DNA of 54,621 nucleotides from an uncultured Fibrobacterota bacterium (GTDB lineage: Bacteria > Fibrobacterota > Chitinivibrionia > Chitinivibrionales > FEN-1185), in NCBI GenBank assembly GCA_963729895.1, contig CAVSQB010000033.1, positions 1 through 54,621 on the forward strand. Direction: 5' to 3'. The notes under the pieces were generated by a model, which saw only the letters and a list, made by a program, of their open reading frames with translations, did no database searches and was not told where the DNA came from. The first letter of the stretch is position 1; the number at the start of each line of letters is the position of its first letter. Positions 35,201 to 45,857 of this stretch are shown in pieces. Position numbers and translations under genes: made by a program.

Positions 35201-37606
35201 CTATTTCTTGTTCAATTTTTCGAGTTCTTTTTTCTTCTCTTCGATTTGCTTGTTGATGTCCTCTTGCTTCTTCTGCTCGTTCTCCTGCTGTTTCACCTGT
35301 CCGCTGGACTTCTGCAGGGCCGTCGCCTTCGCAATCGCGTATTCCGCATCCGACAGAACCTGGTCCTTGCGCAGGAAAAACTTCTTGTGCGATTGCGCCA
35401 TCAACGTGTAGTTGAAAAAGTCCCGACCCTCTTTTGCAAACTTGTCGTACTCCGACTTGAACGCCCCACGCTCCTCTATCGATTTGTCCGTCGGCTTCCG
35501 CAGCGCGTTCTTCTTGATCTTCTCCCCCGTCGGCTCGAACTCGCTCGTCGTCTGCCCGAACTTCTGCTCCCGGCCCTGCAGGTCTGCCTCCGTCACAAAC
35601 TTCCCGTTCTTCGTCAGGTCCAGGCATTTCTCAAGCGCATCCACCGCGTCCTGGTACTTCTTCTGCAGCATCAGTCCGTACCCCCGCAAAAGGTACGCCT
35701 CAGGAACCAGCGGCGATTCCGGGTGCGACGCGATCAACCGGTCTACCGTCTGCAAACACATCGGCGGCTGGTTCACCTTGATCCACGACCACGCCGTCCC
35801 CAGAAGAGCCTCGTCCCCGTAGCTCGACCCTTCAGGCACCCGCTTGTATGCCTCCACCGCGTTCCGCAGCTCCACCTGCTCGTAGTACAAATGACCCAGT
35901 TTCACGTTCGCCGCATCCTGCAACAGCTGCGTCCCCGGGTCCTGCGTCGTGTCCGCTATGATATTCTTCAGGTCCGCCACCGCCGCCTCCATCTTCTTGT
36001 TCTCCACATTGATGATCGACAACGTATACTGCGCATACAAATACGACGGCGATCCCGCCTTGATCCGGCCCAGCAACTGCTCCGCCGCGTTGTAGTTCTT
36101 CCGCAAAAAATGTATCTCTCCCGCCACGTAATCCGCATCAGGACGGATATCGCTCTCCGCGTACAGGTTCGTGATGAATGCATGGTTCTTCAACGCGTCT
36201 TCGTATTTCCCCTCACGGTAATCGATCGTCTCCAATCCGTACAGGTACTTCGACCGCATCTCCGACGTCGTGTATTCCTCCAGTGCGCTCTTGAATATGC
36301 TCCGCGCCGTCTCGTTCATGTACAGACGCTTGTAGCTGTCTCCCATGTAATACGCCGCCTTGTCGTTCAGGTAAAAGTTAGGATACAGCGACACCACCTT
36401 CCCGAATGCAAACGACGCCTCCCAGTATTTCCCCGCAAGGTACAGCCGCATCGCCTCGTTGTACGCGTCCATCGGCGCCAATATCAACTGGTCGTACAAC
36501 CGCTTCGACTCGCTCTGCTCCCGCGTCGGACCAAAGTCCGTCGATAACCGGTGCATCATCGTCAATCCACGTTCGTCTTCCTGCCCCGGTATCGCTATCG
36601 CATACCCCACGTGAACGTCGTAGTTCAGGTAGTTGATCATCTCCGGCAACGGGTATATAAAATTAAAGTTGAACCCGACGTACGGAATGTTGTTGTTCGC
36701 CCACCCAAGCTTCAGCCACACCTGCGGTATAAACTGCCATTTCACGTGCGCACTCAAACGAAACGCCTTCTTCAGCTCCGGGCTGTTCGTCACGTCGAGT
36801 ATCGCCTGTGTCGTCGGGTCTCGGACCGTATCCGCCTTTATCAACGACGAATACACGTCCGACAGCGCATTGTCCAGCACCCCCTCAACGTCCACCACCA
36901 GCTTGTCGTTCAGGCCCGAGTACCGTACACCTGCGCGGATGCGCGTCACACCAAGCTGCTCCGTCAAACTGTCGTGCCACAGCGGTATCTCCGGCACCAC
37001 GTCCTGCAAGTTTATGCTGAATCCCAAATCTCCGTACCGAAAATGGTCCATCGGGTTGAAATACGCTCCCAAATCCGCCCCAAACCCAACCTCCTGGCCG
37101 TTCCCAAACTGGTTCTCGTACCGCAGCTTCAGGTTCGTCCCCAACACAAACCACGGCAGTATCCGCCACGCATAATGAACCATAAACCAGTTGTCCCCAA
37201 AATTCGACTGCCCCAAGTCACGTATCGTGTTCGACAAATCGTTCGCGTCTATCGTCGTCTTGTCGATCGTCGCCCCGGTCCCGATCCACGATACCCCAAA
37301 CGTATGGTTCAACCGCAACGGCAGCAAAAATGACGCCTCCTGGTATCCCAGCGACACCGTCGATGCGTCTCCGTCTACGTCCCACCGGTACAACCCGCCC
37401 TCCACACGCATCTGGTTCACACGGTACAGCAACGCAGGATTCACGATCCCCGATGAAAAATCACTCAAATCCTGTATGTAATCCGCCTGAAAAAATGGCG
37501 CATCGTATCCTCCGCTCCCTCCCGTCTGACCACGAACCGACCCGCTCCACAACAACACCATCCCCGCAAAAAGGACAATCCCACATCTCTTTACTTTCGT
37601 TTCCAC
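35201..37606 (-). CDS. Outer-membrane beta-barrel (PorV-like) + TPR repeat protein
   Basis: Signal peptide, NPALL and G.NLK / GFGADLG barrel motifs, followed by many TPR helices. Confidence 0.75.
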   Translation of the reverse strand: METKVKRCGIVLFAGMVLLWSGSVRGQTGGSGGYDAPFFQADYIQDLSDFSSGIVNPALLYRVNQMRVEGGLYRWDVDGDASTVSLGYQEASFLLPLRLNHTFGVSWIGTGATIDKTTIDANDLSNTIRDLGQSNFGDNWFMVHYAWRILPWFVLGTNLKLRYENQFGNGQEVGFGADLGAYFNPMDHFRYGDLGFSINLQDVVPEIPLWHDSLTEQLGVTRIRAGVRYSGLNDKLVVDVEGVLDNALSDVYSSLIKADTVRDPTTQAILDVTNSPELKKAFRLSAHVKWQFIPQVWLKLGWANNNIPYVGFNFNFIYPLPEMINYLNYDVHVGYAIAIPGQEDERGLTMMHRLSTDFGPTREQSESKRLYDQLILAPMDAYNEAMRLYLAGKYWEASFAFGKVVSLYPNFYLNDKAAYYMGDSYKRLYMNETARSIFKSALEEYTTSEMRSKYLYGLETIDYREGKYEDALKNHAFITNLYAESDIRPDADYVAGEIHFLRKNYNAAEQLLGRIKAGSPSYLYAQYTLSIINVENKKMEAAVADLKNIIADTTQDPGTQLLQDAANVKLGHLYYEQVELRNAVEAYKRVPEGSSYGDEALLGTAWSWIKVNQPPMCLQTVDRLIASHPESPLVPEAYLLRGYGLMLQKKYQDAVDALEKCLDLTKNGKFVTEADLQGREQKFGQTTSEFEPTGEKIKKNALRKPTDKSIEERGAFKSEYDKFAKEGRDFFNYTLMAQSHKKFFLRKDQVLSDAEYAIAKATALQKSSGQVKQQENEQKKQEDINKQIEEKKKELEKLNKK

Positions 37607-37978
37607 AGCCTACCTCGCATCTTCTGTTGCGGTTGGAATAATGGATATCGAACCTTCCGGAACACTGTATGGATAGTCGTATCTTGGCAAAAAAAGGTTC
37701 ATTCAAACCGAATCTTGTATGCCGGTTCGGACAATCGTCGTTTCAAATCGGCCATGAATTGATTATAGTATGAAGGGAAGGCATTGTGCAGCAAGCTTTG
37801 ATGCAGGATGCCGGGACAATCCACTGTTGTCCAAACAGGCGAACGGGAAAATAGTATTGACGGATTTTCGATCAGATATATATTATTGTACTGTCGGCTC
37901 GCAAAAAGAAAAGACCGGGGCATATGGCGTGGTGCGGAAGCCCGCGTAGCTCCAAACGGGAAAAAGGGAACCCTGACC

Positions 37979-40330
37979 ATGGCGAAGAAAACAAGAAAAC
38001 AACAGGTTGTTGAAAAGAAAACAAGAGTGCGCGCAGCGGCGGTTCTCGACAGTGCACAGCAAAAAGCGGCGGAAGACGCTCTGCATTTCCGCGTCGAGTT
38101 CGAGAAGCTCATCACCTCCATTTCCACCAATTTCATAAACCTCGCACCGGAGCAGATCGACAGCGGCATTACCGGGGCGCTCGGCGTACTCGGCGAATTC
38201 ACCAAAACCGACAGAAGCTACGTTCTCCTGTTTGACAAGGCCAGCGAAAACCTGGAGCGTACTCACGAGTGGTGCGCGATAGGCATCGAATCCCAGAGCG
38301 AACAATACCGCACCATGAACGCATCTGCATTTCCCTGGCTTGTGGGAAAACTAAGAAAGCAGCAAACGGTATATTTCACGGCCATCGACGACCTGCCGCC
38401 CGAGGCAAAAGCGGAAAGAAAAGCCTTTAAAGATCAAAAGGTCCGATCTCTCATCAATGTCCCGGTGGTATACGGCGGCTCGCTTCGGGGCATCATCGGT
38501 CTTGAATCGGTTCTTTCGGAAAAGACCTGGTCCCGGGACACCGCAACGCTTCTCAAAATGGCGGGTGAAATATTCTCAAACGCGCTTGAGCGGAAACGCG
38601 TTGAAGAGGAACTTGCCTACGAGCGGGACCTGCTTCACACCCTTATGGACAATCTGCCCGACACCATTTATTTCAAAGACACCCAGAGCAGGTTCACCCG
38701 TGTCAACAAGGCCCAGGCAAAGACCCTCGGCATACAGAATCCTGCGGCCGCAATCAGCAAGACCGATTTCGACTTCTTCGTTCACGATCATGCGCGCATT
38801 GCCTTTGCCGAAGAGCAGGAGATCATGAAGTCGGGCAAGGCGCTTATTAACAAAATAGAAAAAGTCGGCAGGCCCGACGGCGCGTTTACCTGGTTTACCG
38901 CCACCAAGGTTCCCATCTTCGACAAGAACAACAACATCGTGGGTACCGTGGGAGTGTCGCGCGATATCACCAAGATGAAGGAATTCGAGGACGAGCTCCA
39001 GAAGGCGAAAAACGAACTCGAGATCCGCGTCGCGGAACGGACCGCGGACCTCAAGAAGGCAAACGAGCGGCTCGAAACGCGCATCGCCCAACTTGATTTT
39101 CTCAACTCAACATCGTTCGAGCTGGCACAGCTCATCCAGATCGACGAACTCTTCCCGGCAATTCTCCGGACGTTTGCCGCGCGCTTTCCTCATTCACAGG
39201 CAAGCATCTGCAAAGCGAAAAAGGACGCCTTTAAGTGCACGAATGCCACGAGCGATCTCAACTCCGAGGCCGGGCGGCACGCCTCCGAAGAAGCGCTTTC
39301 GGTTTTCATCCGCTCCGACATGCAGCGTACCATTATCGTTGAAAATTGGTTGCAGGACCCGCGCCTGTCTCACTACAAATGGCCCGATCTTTCGGGCCTC
39401 CCGTGCTACGCCGCAATACCGCTGCTGGCCGACAATAAGTGTCTTGCCGCGGTGCAGATCTTTACAACGCCGGAATACCTCGAACTATACGAGCAGGAGC
39501 AGACCCTCCTTACGACGCTCGCGGCGCATGCCGCGGCATGCCTGAGCAACGCCATCCACTACCAGGAGCTTGGCGAAAAGGCAAGGCTCGACGGAGAGCT
39601 CGACGCCGCACGGAGCATCCAGCGACGGTTTACACCGCAGTATAAGCCGCAAATACCTCATGTCAACATCAAAGGAGTGTATTACCCTGCGTACGAGGTC
39701 GGCGGTGATTATCTCGACTATTTCAAGACCGATGCCGGCGACTGGGTCATCGTCATCGCCGACGTCTGCGGCAAGGGAATCCCCGCCGCCCTGCTCATGA
39801 CCATGCTGCGCAGCACCTTCAGGGTGGAAGGGCGCAACGAAACGTCCGCGAAGCGCCTCTTGTGCGCGGTAAACGATTTTATGACCCTCAACCTCGACGA
39901 CCGATCATTCGTTACCGCGCTATGCCTGATCATCAAAGCCAATGGGGCTTCGATGAGTTACGCGCGCGCAGGCCATCCCATGCTGCTCAAGCTGAGCGGA
40001 AACGGTGAGCCGCCTCTCCCCATAACCACAAACGGCCTGGCTCTCGGGCTCGTGTCCGACGGCGCCAAATTCATCACCATGATGGACGAAGTTACGGTTG
40101 ATCTTAAAAAGGGCGACCGGTTCCTCATTTACACGGACGGCTTGATAGATGCAAATAACCCCGAGCGGAATTCCTATGGAATCCAGCGTCTCAACGAGGC
40201 GCTTTCGCGGGCCCAGGACTCGGATGCGGATTCAATGATCACGCTTCTCATGGACGATATAAAGAAGTTCACGCGCGGCGCCCCGTACCACGACGATCTG
40301 ACTATACTCGCCCTGCAGGTGACGGAGTAA
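37979..40330 (+). CDS. SpoIIE/PP2C family phosphatase with GAF-PAS-GAF sensors
   Basis: GAF (DRSYV...THEWC), PAS (DNLPDTIYFKD...RDIT), EVGGDYLD, IADVCGKGIPAAL, YTDGL, DDLT. Confidence 0.93.
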   Translation: MAKKTRKQQVVEKKTRVRAAAVLDSAQQKAAEDALHFRVEFEKLITSISTNFINLAPEQIDSGITGALGVLGEFTKTDRSYVLLFDKASENLERTHEWCAIGIESQSEQYRTMNASAFPWLVGKLRKQQTVYFTAIDDLPPEAKAERKAFKDQKVRSLINVPVVYGGSLRGIIGLESVLSEKTWSRDTATLLKMAGEIFSNALERKRVEEELAYERDLLHTLMDNLPDTIYFKDTQSRFTRVNKAQAKTLGIQNPAAAISKTDFDFFVHDHARIAFAEEQEIMKSGKALINKIEKVGRPDGAFTWFTATKVPIFDKNNNIVGTVGVSRDITKMKEFEDELQKAKNELEIRVAERTADLKKANERLETRIAQLDFLNSTSFELAQLIQIDELFPAILRTFAARFPHSQASICKAKKDAFKCTNATSDLNSEAGRHASEEALSVFIRSDMQRTIIVENWLQDPRLSHYKWPDLSGLPCYAAIPLLADNKCLAAVQIFTTPEYLELYEQEQTLLTTLAAHAAACLSNAIHYQELGEKARLDGELDAARSIQRRFTPQYKPQIPHVNIKGVYYPAYEVGGDYLDYFKTDAGDWVIVIADVCGKGIPAALLMTMLRSTFRVEGRNETSAKRLLCAVNDFMTLNLDDRSFVTALCLIIKANGASMSYARAGHPMLLKLSGNGEPPLPITTNGLALGLVSDGAKFITMMDEVTVDLKKGDRFLIYTDGLIDANNPERNSYGIQRLNEALSRAQDSDADSMITLLMDDIKKFTRGAPYHDDLTILALQVTE

Positions 40331-40593
40331 CTTCCCGTTCTAACCCTTTGAACATTCCTTTAGATTCCCCCCCCCTACCGTAAGGGGGGGGTGCATTTTC
40401 AGATTTCCCTGAGTGGAGAAGCGAAGTCAGGATGTGTGTTATGGAAGAATCAAGACAATGCGAACCACCCGGATCCGAAGCAGCAGTTTCCACGTCAGAA
40501 CGGTTTCGGGTGCAAAGAGGCAAGTGAAAACAGGGTTGAAAAAGAACACCCCGGCATTAAACCGGGGCGTATCCAAGTGTCAAAATCAAACTA

Positions 40594-40773
40594 TCAATAT
40601 TTCCTCTTCTGAATCGGCGGCTTTGCTTTGTTTACCTTGTCCTTGGCCATTTCCGCCATGATTTCCCTTTCCGCCTTTACCCAGTCGTCAAAATGATGGC
40701 CCGGCTGCGCACCACGATGGAGAAAGATCTCATAAGCCCGCTTTTCGATCCTGTTCTTTAATACTGAATCCAT
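40594..40773 (-). CDS. DUF2934-like small protein
   Basis: IEKRAYEIFLHRG..PGHHFDDWVKAEREI; AGGAGG RBS. Confidence 0.8.
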   Translation of the reverse strand: MDSVLKNRIEKRAYEIFLHRGAQPGHHFDDWVKAEREIMAEMAKDKVNKAKPPIQKRKY

Positions 40774-40911
40774 AAAGACCTCCTGTTTTTGATTGGGGGG
40801 GGTGGTGATTATTTCAGATTTTGAAATACCTTGGTTCTTATTTAACAAGTTAAATAAGTATACTTCTTTCTAAGGGAAAGATCAACTATTTCGTTGATGG
40901 CATTGCCTATC

Positions 40912-42216
40912 CGCATTGCCTCAAATTAAATGTAACCGAAGGCTTAATCGAAACACGCACCAATTGATTCGTTGCCTCATAATTAAGGTAACCCAAGAAA
41001 AAAGGGGGTTACCACTATGGGGCACAAAGAAAAAGAAGCATATCGGGAAGCGATACGACAACGATATGCCCATTCCAACAGAGCCGGCAAAAAGCAGATT
41101 CTCGATGAGTTTTGTGCGATTTGCCGATACAATCGCAAGTACGCTATCCGGCTACTTGGAAAACGCAAACAGAAACAAAAAGCCAAGCGTGGAAGAAGAC
41201 CCTTATATGCTGAACCGCTTTTTATTAAGGCGTTACAGTACATCTGGAAAGCCTCTGATTTCATGTGCTCTCGCCGCCTTAAGGTTGTCATTCCAGTATG
41301 GCTGCCATTCTACGAACAATCCTTTGAACTGCTTTCCGAGGAAGTCCGTGCGCGGCTCCTCTCTGTCAGCCGCTCCACGCTTGACCGCGTCCTATGCCCT
41401 TTACGTACGCGTATGGGCAAGGGATTGTGCGGCACCAAGCCCGGCTCCATGCTGCGCAATCAAATCCCCATCCGTACCGACAACTGGGATATTACCCAGC
41501 CTGGATTCATGGAGGCGGATACGGTTGCCCATTGCGGCACCAGCCTTGCCGGAGAATTTGTGTGGAGCCTTATCATGACTGACATCCATACTGCTTGGAC
41601 CGAAGGCCGTGCTGTGTGGAATAAGGGCTCCCAGGGTGTCATTGAGCAGGTTAAAGACATCGAACGACGAATACCTTTTGCCCTGCGTGGCTTTGACTGT
41701 GATAACGGGTCCGAGTTCCTCAACTATCATCTCGAACGCTACTTCGCCGTGCGACAAGACCCTGTAAAGTTCACCCGGTCACGTCCCTACAAGAAAAACG
41801 ACAACGCCCATGTCGAACAGAAAAACTGGGCGCAGGCCAGGCACATGCTTGGTTATGATCGGATCGAAAACCCCGACACGCTTCCCCTCATTAACGACCT
41901 CTATGCCAACGAGTGGTCTCTCTATCAAAACCACTTCTGTCCATCGCTGAAACTCAAATCTAAAATCCGGATAGGATCTCGATACCGCAAGACCTATGAA
42001 GAACCGAAAACTCCCTATCAAAGAATCGTTGAATCACCTTACATAGCTTCAGAAGTCAAGCAAAGCCTTGAACTGACCCACCGTGCTCTCAATCCATTCC
42101 AATTAAAAAAGACTATCGAAAGAAAACTCAAAACCATTTTCAACCTTGTTACGGTTACCTCATTTGTGAGGCATCGAATCTGACCCTTCGGTTACCTTTT
42201 ATTATGAGGCAACACG
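40912..42216 (+). mobile_element. Insertion sequence with rve/integrase-core DDE transposase (ISNCY/IS481-like)
   Basis: Doubled terminal IRs TGCCTCA-n-GTAACC at each end (about 40917, 40973 / 42153, 42190); TATC direct repeat outside both ends. Confidence 0.85.
41017..42183 (+). CDS. Integrase-core DDE transposase
   Basis: PGFMEADTVAHCG, TDIHTAWTE, DCDNGSEFLN, FTRSRPYKKNDNAHVEQKN. Confidence 0.9.
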   Translation: MGHKEKEAYREAIRQRYAHSNRAGKKQILDEFCAICRYNRKYAIRLLGKRKQKQKAKRGRRPLYAEPLFIKALQYIWKASDFMCSRRLKVVIPVWLPFYEQSFELLSEEVRARLLSVSRSTLDRVLCPLRTRMGKGLCGTKPGSMLRNQIPIRTDNWDITQPGFMEADTVAHCGTSLAGEFVWSLIMTDIHTAWTEGRAVWNKGSQGVIEQVKDIERRIPFALRGFDCDNGSEFLNYHLERYFAVRQDPVKFTRSRPYKKNDNAHVEQKNWAQARHMLGYDRIENPDTLPLINDLYANEWSLYQNHFCPSLKLKSKIRIGSRYRKTYEEPKTPYQRIVESPYIASEVKQSLELTHRALNPFQLKKTIERKLKTIFNLVTVTSFVRHRI

Positions 42217-42419
42217 TATCCCCTGGTTTTGAATCCCACAGCGAGCGCATTCCCCGGCTTTCGATTGATGAAGAGCGAGGCACGATAATAATCCATTTCG
42301 GCCACATTCCTGAAAGCATTTTCGCTTTTCTGATGCATTAAAGTATTTTACGAAACACTTCGCGTATTTCTAATATGCCTTCTTCTACCACTACCAACCA
42401 TTCTCGGAAGGACTGAACG

Positions 42420-43937
42420 ATGGCAAAAGAAACGATTCTCACCAGATTCACGCTCAAAGGCCGGGAAATCCTGTCTTCATACGCCAATTTTACGCTCGAA
42501 GGAGTCATGACCGCAAGAGTTTCGCGCGGCAAGGACTCCTGGACCATCGAAGAAAGAAACGGCATTGCCAAAGGAACTTCGGATGGTGAAAACGAAGCTA
42601 TCTATATCCCGAACGACCAGGCAATCAAGTCCATCGAGAAAAACATTGTGCCCTTGCTGCCGAAAAAAGTAGTCATCAAGAGTCCGGCCGACATCATCAG
42701 GGCGTGCGAAGAATTTGACCTGAAGATGGTTGAGAAAGCGGGCCCAAACAAGAAGGTCTGGGGCGGCAACGCATGCCTCTCATCTTCTACCGTGTTCTTC
42801 CAGACCCTGCTTAAGGCCTCCGGCTTCAAGGCCTGGCAGGTTCTTGCTCCCAGGGGAACCAAAACATTTTATATGCCGAATATCGCGTTCAACATGGTGT
42901 GCGGGGGCGAGCATGTTCCGGGCACCAAACAGGACATCCAGGAAATGTTTTTCTTTGCGATGAAGGAAAAATCCATCAAGGACGTATTTGCCACGGGCAC
43001 GAAGTTCTTCCGCCAGTTTGAAAAGAACCTGGTGCGCGACAAACTGCCCACCGGTACGGCCAAAGAACGCGGCTTTGTCTTTCCTGTCAGGGACAATTTT
43101 GAGGGCCTCAGCCGCATCAAGGAATGCGCAGGCCAGCTCGGCCTCGGCGAGACCGATTACGCCATCGGCACCGACAATGCATTCTCGGAAATTCAGAAGG
43201 GCGAGGAGCTGCGCCAGAAGGGGCTGTACGACATGCGGTTCAGCGGGCTGGGCATCAAAACCCGCGAGGAACTTATTGAGTTCAATTACTCCGTTGTGTC
43301 AAGCGCGTCAAATTTCGTGAATATGGAAGACCCGGGCTCGGAAAGCGACGTGATCGCGCACAAACTCATGAACGAGAAATACGGCGACCGGGTGCAGATC
43401 GTCATCGACGATGCAGCCGTAACGCAACTGCGCTACATAATCCCGTTCCTCGGCGCAAAAGACCGCAAGGACCGCGCCGGCAATTCGGTGCTGATCAAGC
43501 TGAACCAGGCGGGGACCTTCACCGAAACGTGCCTTGCCACCGAAGTGGTTCTGGGCGTCGCGGACGCAGGCCGCGTGAAGCGATTCCTTGACGCGCGCGG
43601 CGACACGGCGCTTGTGCGTGCCGAGCTCGCCAAGGTGGACGTACCATCGCTTGACGAAGCGCTCGACAACATAAAGGCGGGCGGCTTTTCGGCGTTTTTC
43701 TCTCATCGGTCAACAGAGGGCTCGTCCGAGTTCCTGCCGTACATGCCGCTTTTGTACGGGCCGGTCAGCAAACGCCTGTGGTTCAAAGCGGGCGCGCCGA
43801 ACGGCGAGCGCAACCTGCAGAACTACAACCCGCTCATCCGCGCCGAAGAGGAAATGCGCGAAGCAGGGATAAAGACGGTGGTAACGGGTTTTGACGGCCT
43901 GCCCAAGGGCGTAAAAATCCCTGCAGTAAACAGTTAG
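42420..43937 (+). CDS. eno: Highly divergent enolase-family protein
   Basis: REILSS..N.TLE, GTSDG.NEA, NMVCGGEH, DIQE, GTDNA.SE, EDP, QIVIDD..VT, NSVLIKLNQAGTFTET, SHRS.E, FKAGAP, YN.LIRAEE. Confidence 0.8.
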   Translation: MAKETILTRFTLKGREILSSYANFTLEGVMTARVSRGKDSWTIEERNGIAKGTSDGENEAIYIPNDQAIKSIEKNIVPLLPKKVVIKSPADIIRACEEFDLKMVEKAGPNKKVWGGNACLSSSTVFFQTLLKASGFKAWQVLAPRGTKTFYMPNIAFNMVCGGEHVPGTKQDIQEMFFFAMKEKSIKDVFATGTKFFRQFEKNLVRDKLPTGTAKERGFVFPVRDNFEGLSRIKECAGQLGLGETDYAIGTDNAFSEIQKGEELRQKGLYDMRFSGLGIKTREELIEFNYSVVSSASNFVNMEDPGSESDVIAHKLMNEKYGDRVQIVIDDAAVTQLRYIIPFLGAKDRKDRAGNSVLIKLNQAGTFTETCLATEVVLGVADAGRVKRFLDARGDTALVRAELAKVDVPSLDEALDNIKAGGFSAFFSHRSTEGSSEFLPYMPLLYGPVSKRLWFKAGAPNGERNLQNYNPLIRAEEEMREAGIKTVVTGFDGLPKGVKIPAVNS

Positions 43938-43958
43938 GCACTCTTGTTGCGGAGGATT

Positions 43959-43990
43959 AAAAAAGGAGGGTGCCGGCCCTCCTTTTTTTT
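43959..43990. terminator. Rho-independent (possibly bidirectional) terminator
   Basis: AAAAAA-GGAGGG-TGCCGG-CCCTCC-TTTTTTTT after the enolase-like gene. Confidence 0.85.
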
Positions 43991-44101
43991 GCACTCACCA
44001 TGGGCTGCCGGAACTTTTTTTCGGGCAATAACGTATTTTATGCAAATGAGCCGGCAAAACCGGAATGGATTTACCGGCGAAGTCCACGATAGGAGAAAAG
44101 A

Positions 44102-45217
44102 ATGATCAACGTAGGATTTGTCGGTTGGCGGGGTATGGTGGGTTCCGTGCTCATGGAACGCATGAAAACCGAAAAAGATTTCAAAGGGTTTGAACCGCTC
44201 TTCTTCACCACCTCCAATGTCGGTGGTGCCGGTCCGTCAATAGGATTCGACGTTCCCCCGCTTGCGGACGCCCGCGACCTCGCACAGCTTTCCCGCATGG
44301 ACATTGTGGTCACCTGCCAGGGAGGAGACTATACCAACGAAGTATATCCCGCGCTTCGCGGCCGCGGCTACAAAGGCTTCTGGATCGACGCCGCGTCCGC
44401 GCTCCGCATGAAAGACGATAGCATTGTCGTGCTTGACCCGGTAAACCTGAAAGTGATCAAAAAAGGCCTGAAGGCCGGCGTCAAGGACTATATCGGCGGC
44501 AACTGTACGGTGAGCCTCATGCTCATGGCGCTTTCCGGTTTGTTCAGGGCAAACCTTGTTGAATGGATATCGTCGATGACGTATCAGGCCGCATCCGGCG
44601 CAGGCGCGAAGAACATGATCGAGCTGGTGAAGCAAATGGCGCATTTGTCGGCAGCGGCGCGGCCGCTGCTTGACAATCCGGCTTCCACGGCGCTGGAGTA
44701 CGAAGCGCTGATCACCACGGAGCTGAGGAGCGGGGCAATGCCGACCGAGGTTTTCGGGGCGCCGCTGGCGGCGAGCCTGATCCCGTGGATAGACAAACCC
44801 ATGGAAAACGGTCAGACCCGTGAGGAATGGAAAGGCTGCGCCGAAACCAACAAGATTCTCGGCACCAAAAAGGCGATTCCGGTGGACGGCGTATGCGTGC
44901 GCGTGAGCTCAATGCGCTGCCACAGCCAGGGCCTTACCGTCAAGCTGAAGAAAGACCCGCCCATGGCCGACATCGAAGCGCTTATCGCGGGCGCGCACGA
45001 ATGGGTGAAGGTGGTTCCGAACACCAGGGAGGAGACTCTGCACGAGCTTTCGCCGGCGGCGGTATCCGGCAGGCTGATCGTTCCAATCGGGCGTGTGCGC
45101 AAGATGAACATCGGTCCCAAGTATCTCACCGCGTTCACCGTAGGCGACCAGCTCTTGTGGGGCGCGGCAGAGCCGATACGAAGGATACTTAAGATCGTGC
45201 TTAAGCATGTAAGATAG
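44102..45217 (+). CDS. asd: Aspartate-semialdehyde dehydrogenase
   Basis: [61 protein letters not shown]. Confidence 0.97.
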   Translation: MINVGFVGWRGMVGSVLMERMKTEKDFKGFEPLFFTTSNVGGAGPSIGFDVPPLADARDLAQLSRMDIVVTCQGGDYTNEVYPALRGRGYKGFWIDAASALRMKDDSIVVLDPVNLKVIKKGLKAGVKDYIGGNCTVSLMLMALSGLFRANLVEWISSMTYQAASGAGAKNMIELVKQMAHLSAAARPLLDNPASTALEYEALITTELRSGAMPTEVFGAPLAASLIPWIDKPMENGQTREEWKGCAETNKILGTKKAIPVDGVCVRVSSMRCHSQGLTVKLKKDPPMADIEALIAGAHEWVKVVPNTREETLHELSPAAVSGRLIVPIGRVRKMNIGPKYLTAFTVGDQLLWGAAEPIRRILKIVLKHVR

Positions 45218-45325
45218 AGGCGTCTTCCTGTTGATAACAAAAGGGAGACTTTCGGTTCTCCCTAAGCGCTGCAAAATAGTCGGTACATGCTAAGAACAGT
45301 AGGGCAAGGCCGGAAAGGAAAAACC

Positions 45326-45766
45326 ATGCTTCTTTCTCCAGGGCAGAGGGCACCCGATTTCTCGCTCGCCAGTTCAACGGGCGAAACGGTGCGCCCCAGC
45401 GACTTCACGGGAAAGAATTATCTCGTGCTGATATTCTACCCGGGCGACGAAACGCCCGGGTGCACAAAACAGCTCTGCGCCGTCAGGGACGATTACGCGA
45501 AATTCGAGGCCAAGAACGCGAAGGTCTTCGGAGTAAACCCCGCCGGCGGCGACTCGCACCGGAAATTCGTCACGCGCCACGGTTTCCAGTTCCCCCTGCT
45601 TATCGACGAAGACCGGGCCGCCGCAAAACTTTACGGATGCGACAACTGGCCGATGGTCAAACGCACGGTTTACGTGATCGATCCGCAGGGAAAGGTCGTG
45701 TACGTAAAGCAGGGAATGCCGCCAGATGAGGAGATCCTGCAGGCGATCCCGGAAGAAAAGCCCTGA
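45326..45766 (+). CDS. bcp: Peroxiredoxin, BCP/PrxQ family
   Basis: APDFSL, FYPGDETPGCTKQLC, FPLLID, RTVYVID. Confidence 0.88.
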   Translation: MLLSPGQRAPDFSLASSTGETVRPSDFTGKNYLVLIFYPGDETPGCTKQLCAVRDDYAKFEAKNAKVFGVNPAGGDSHRKFVTRHGFQFPLLIDEDRAAAKLYGCDNWPMVKRTVYVIDPQGKVVYVKQGMPPDEEILQAIPEEKP

Positions 45767-45857
45767 AACAGGATGATCGGACGGGTGGCCTGTGTGAAAA
45801 ATCTCCCTCATCCCATAACCGCGATGGAAAAAGGTACCAAGTTTTTCAACTTCAGAC

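Noticed and set aside
35246..37333. Long plus-strand ORFs (433 and 260 aa)
   Set aside because: They are antisense shadows of the TPR gene produced by its codon bias and have low-complexity R/L/V composition.
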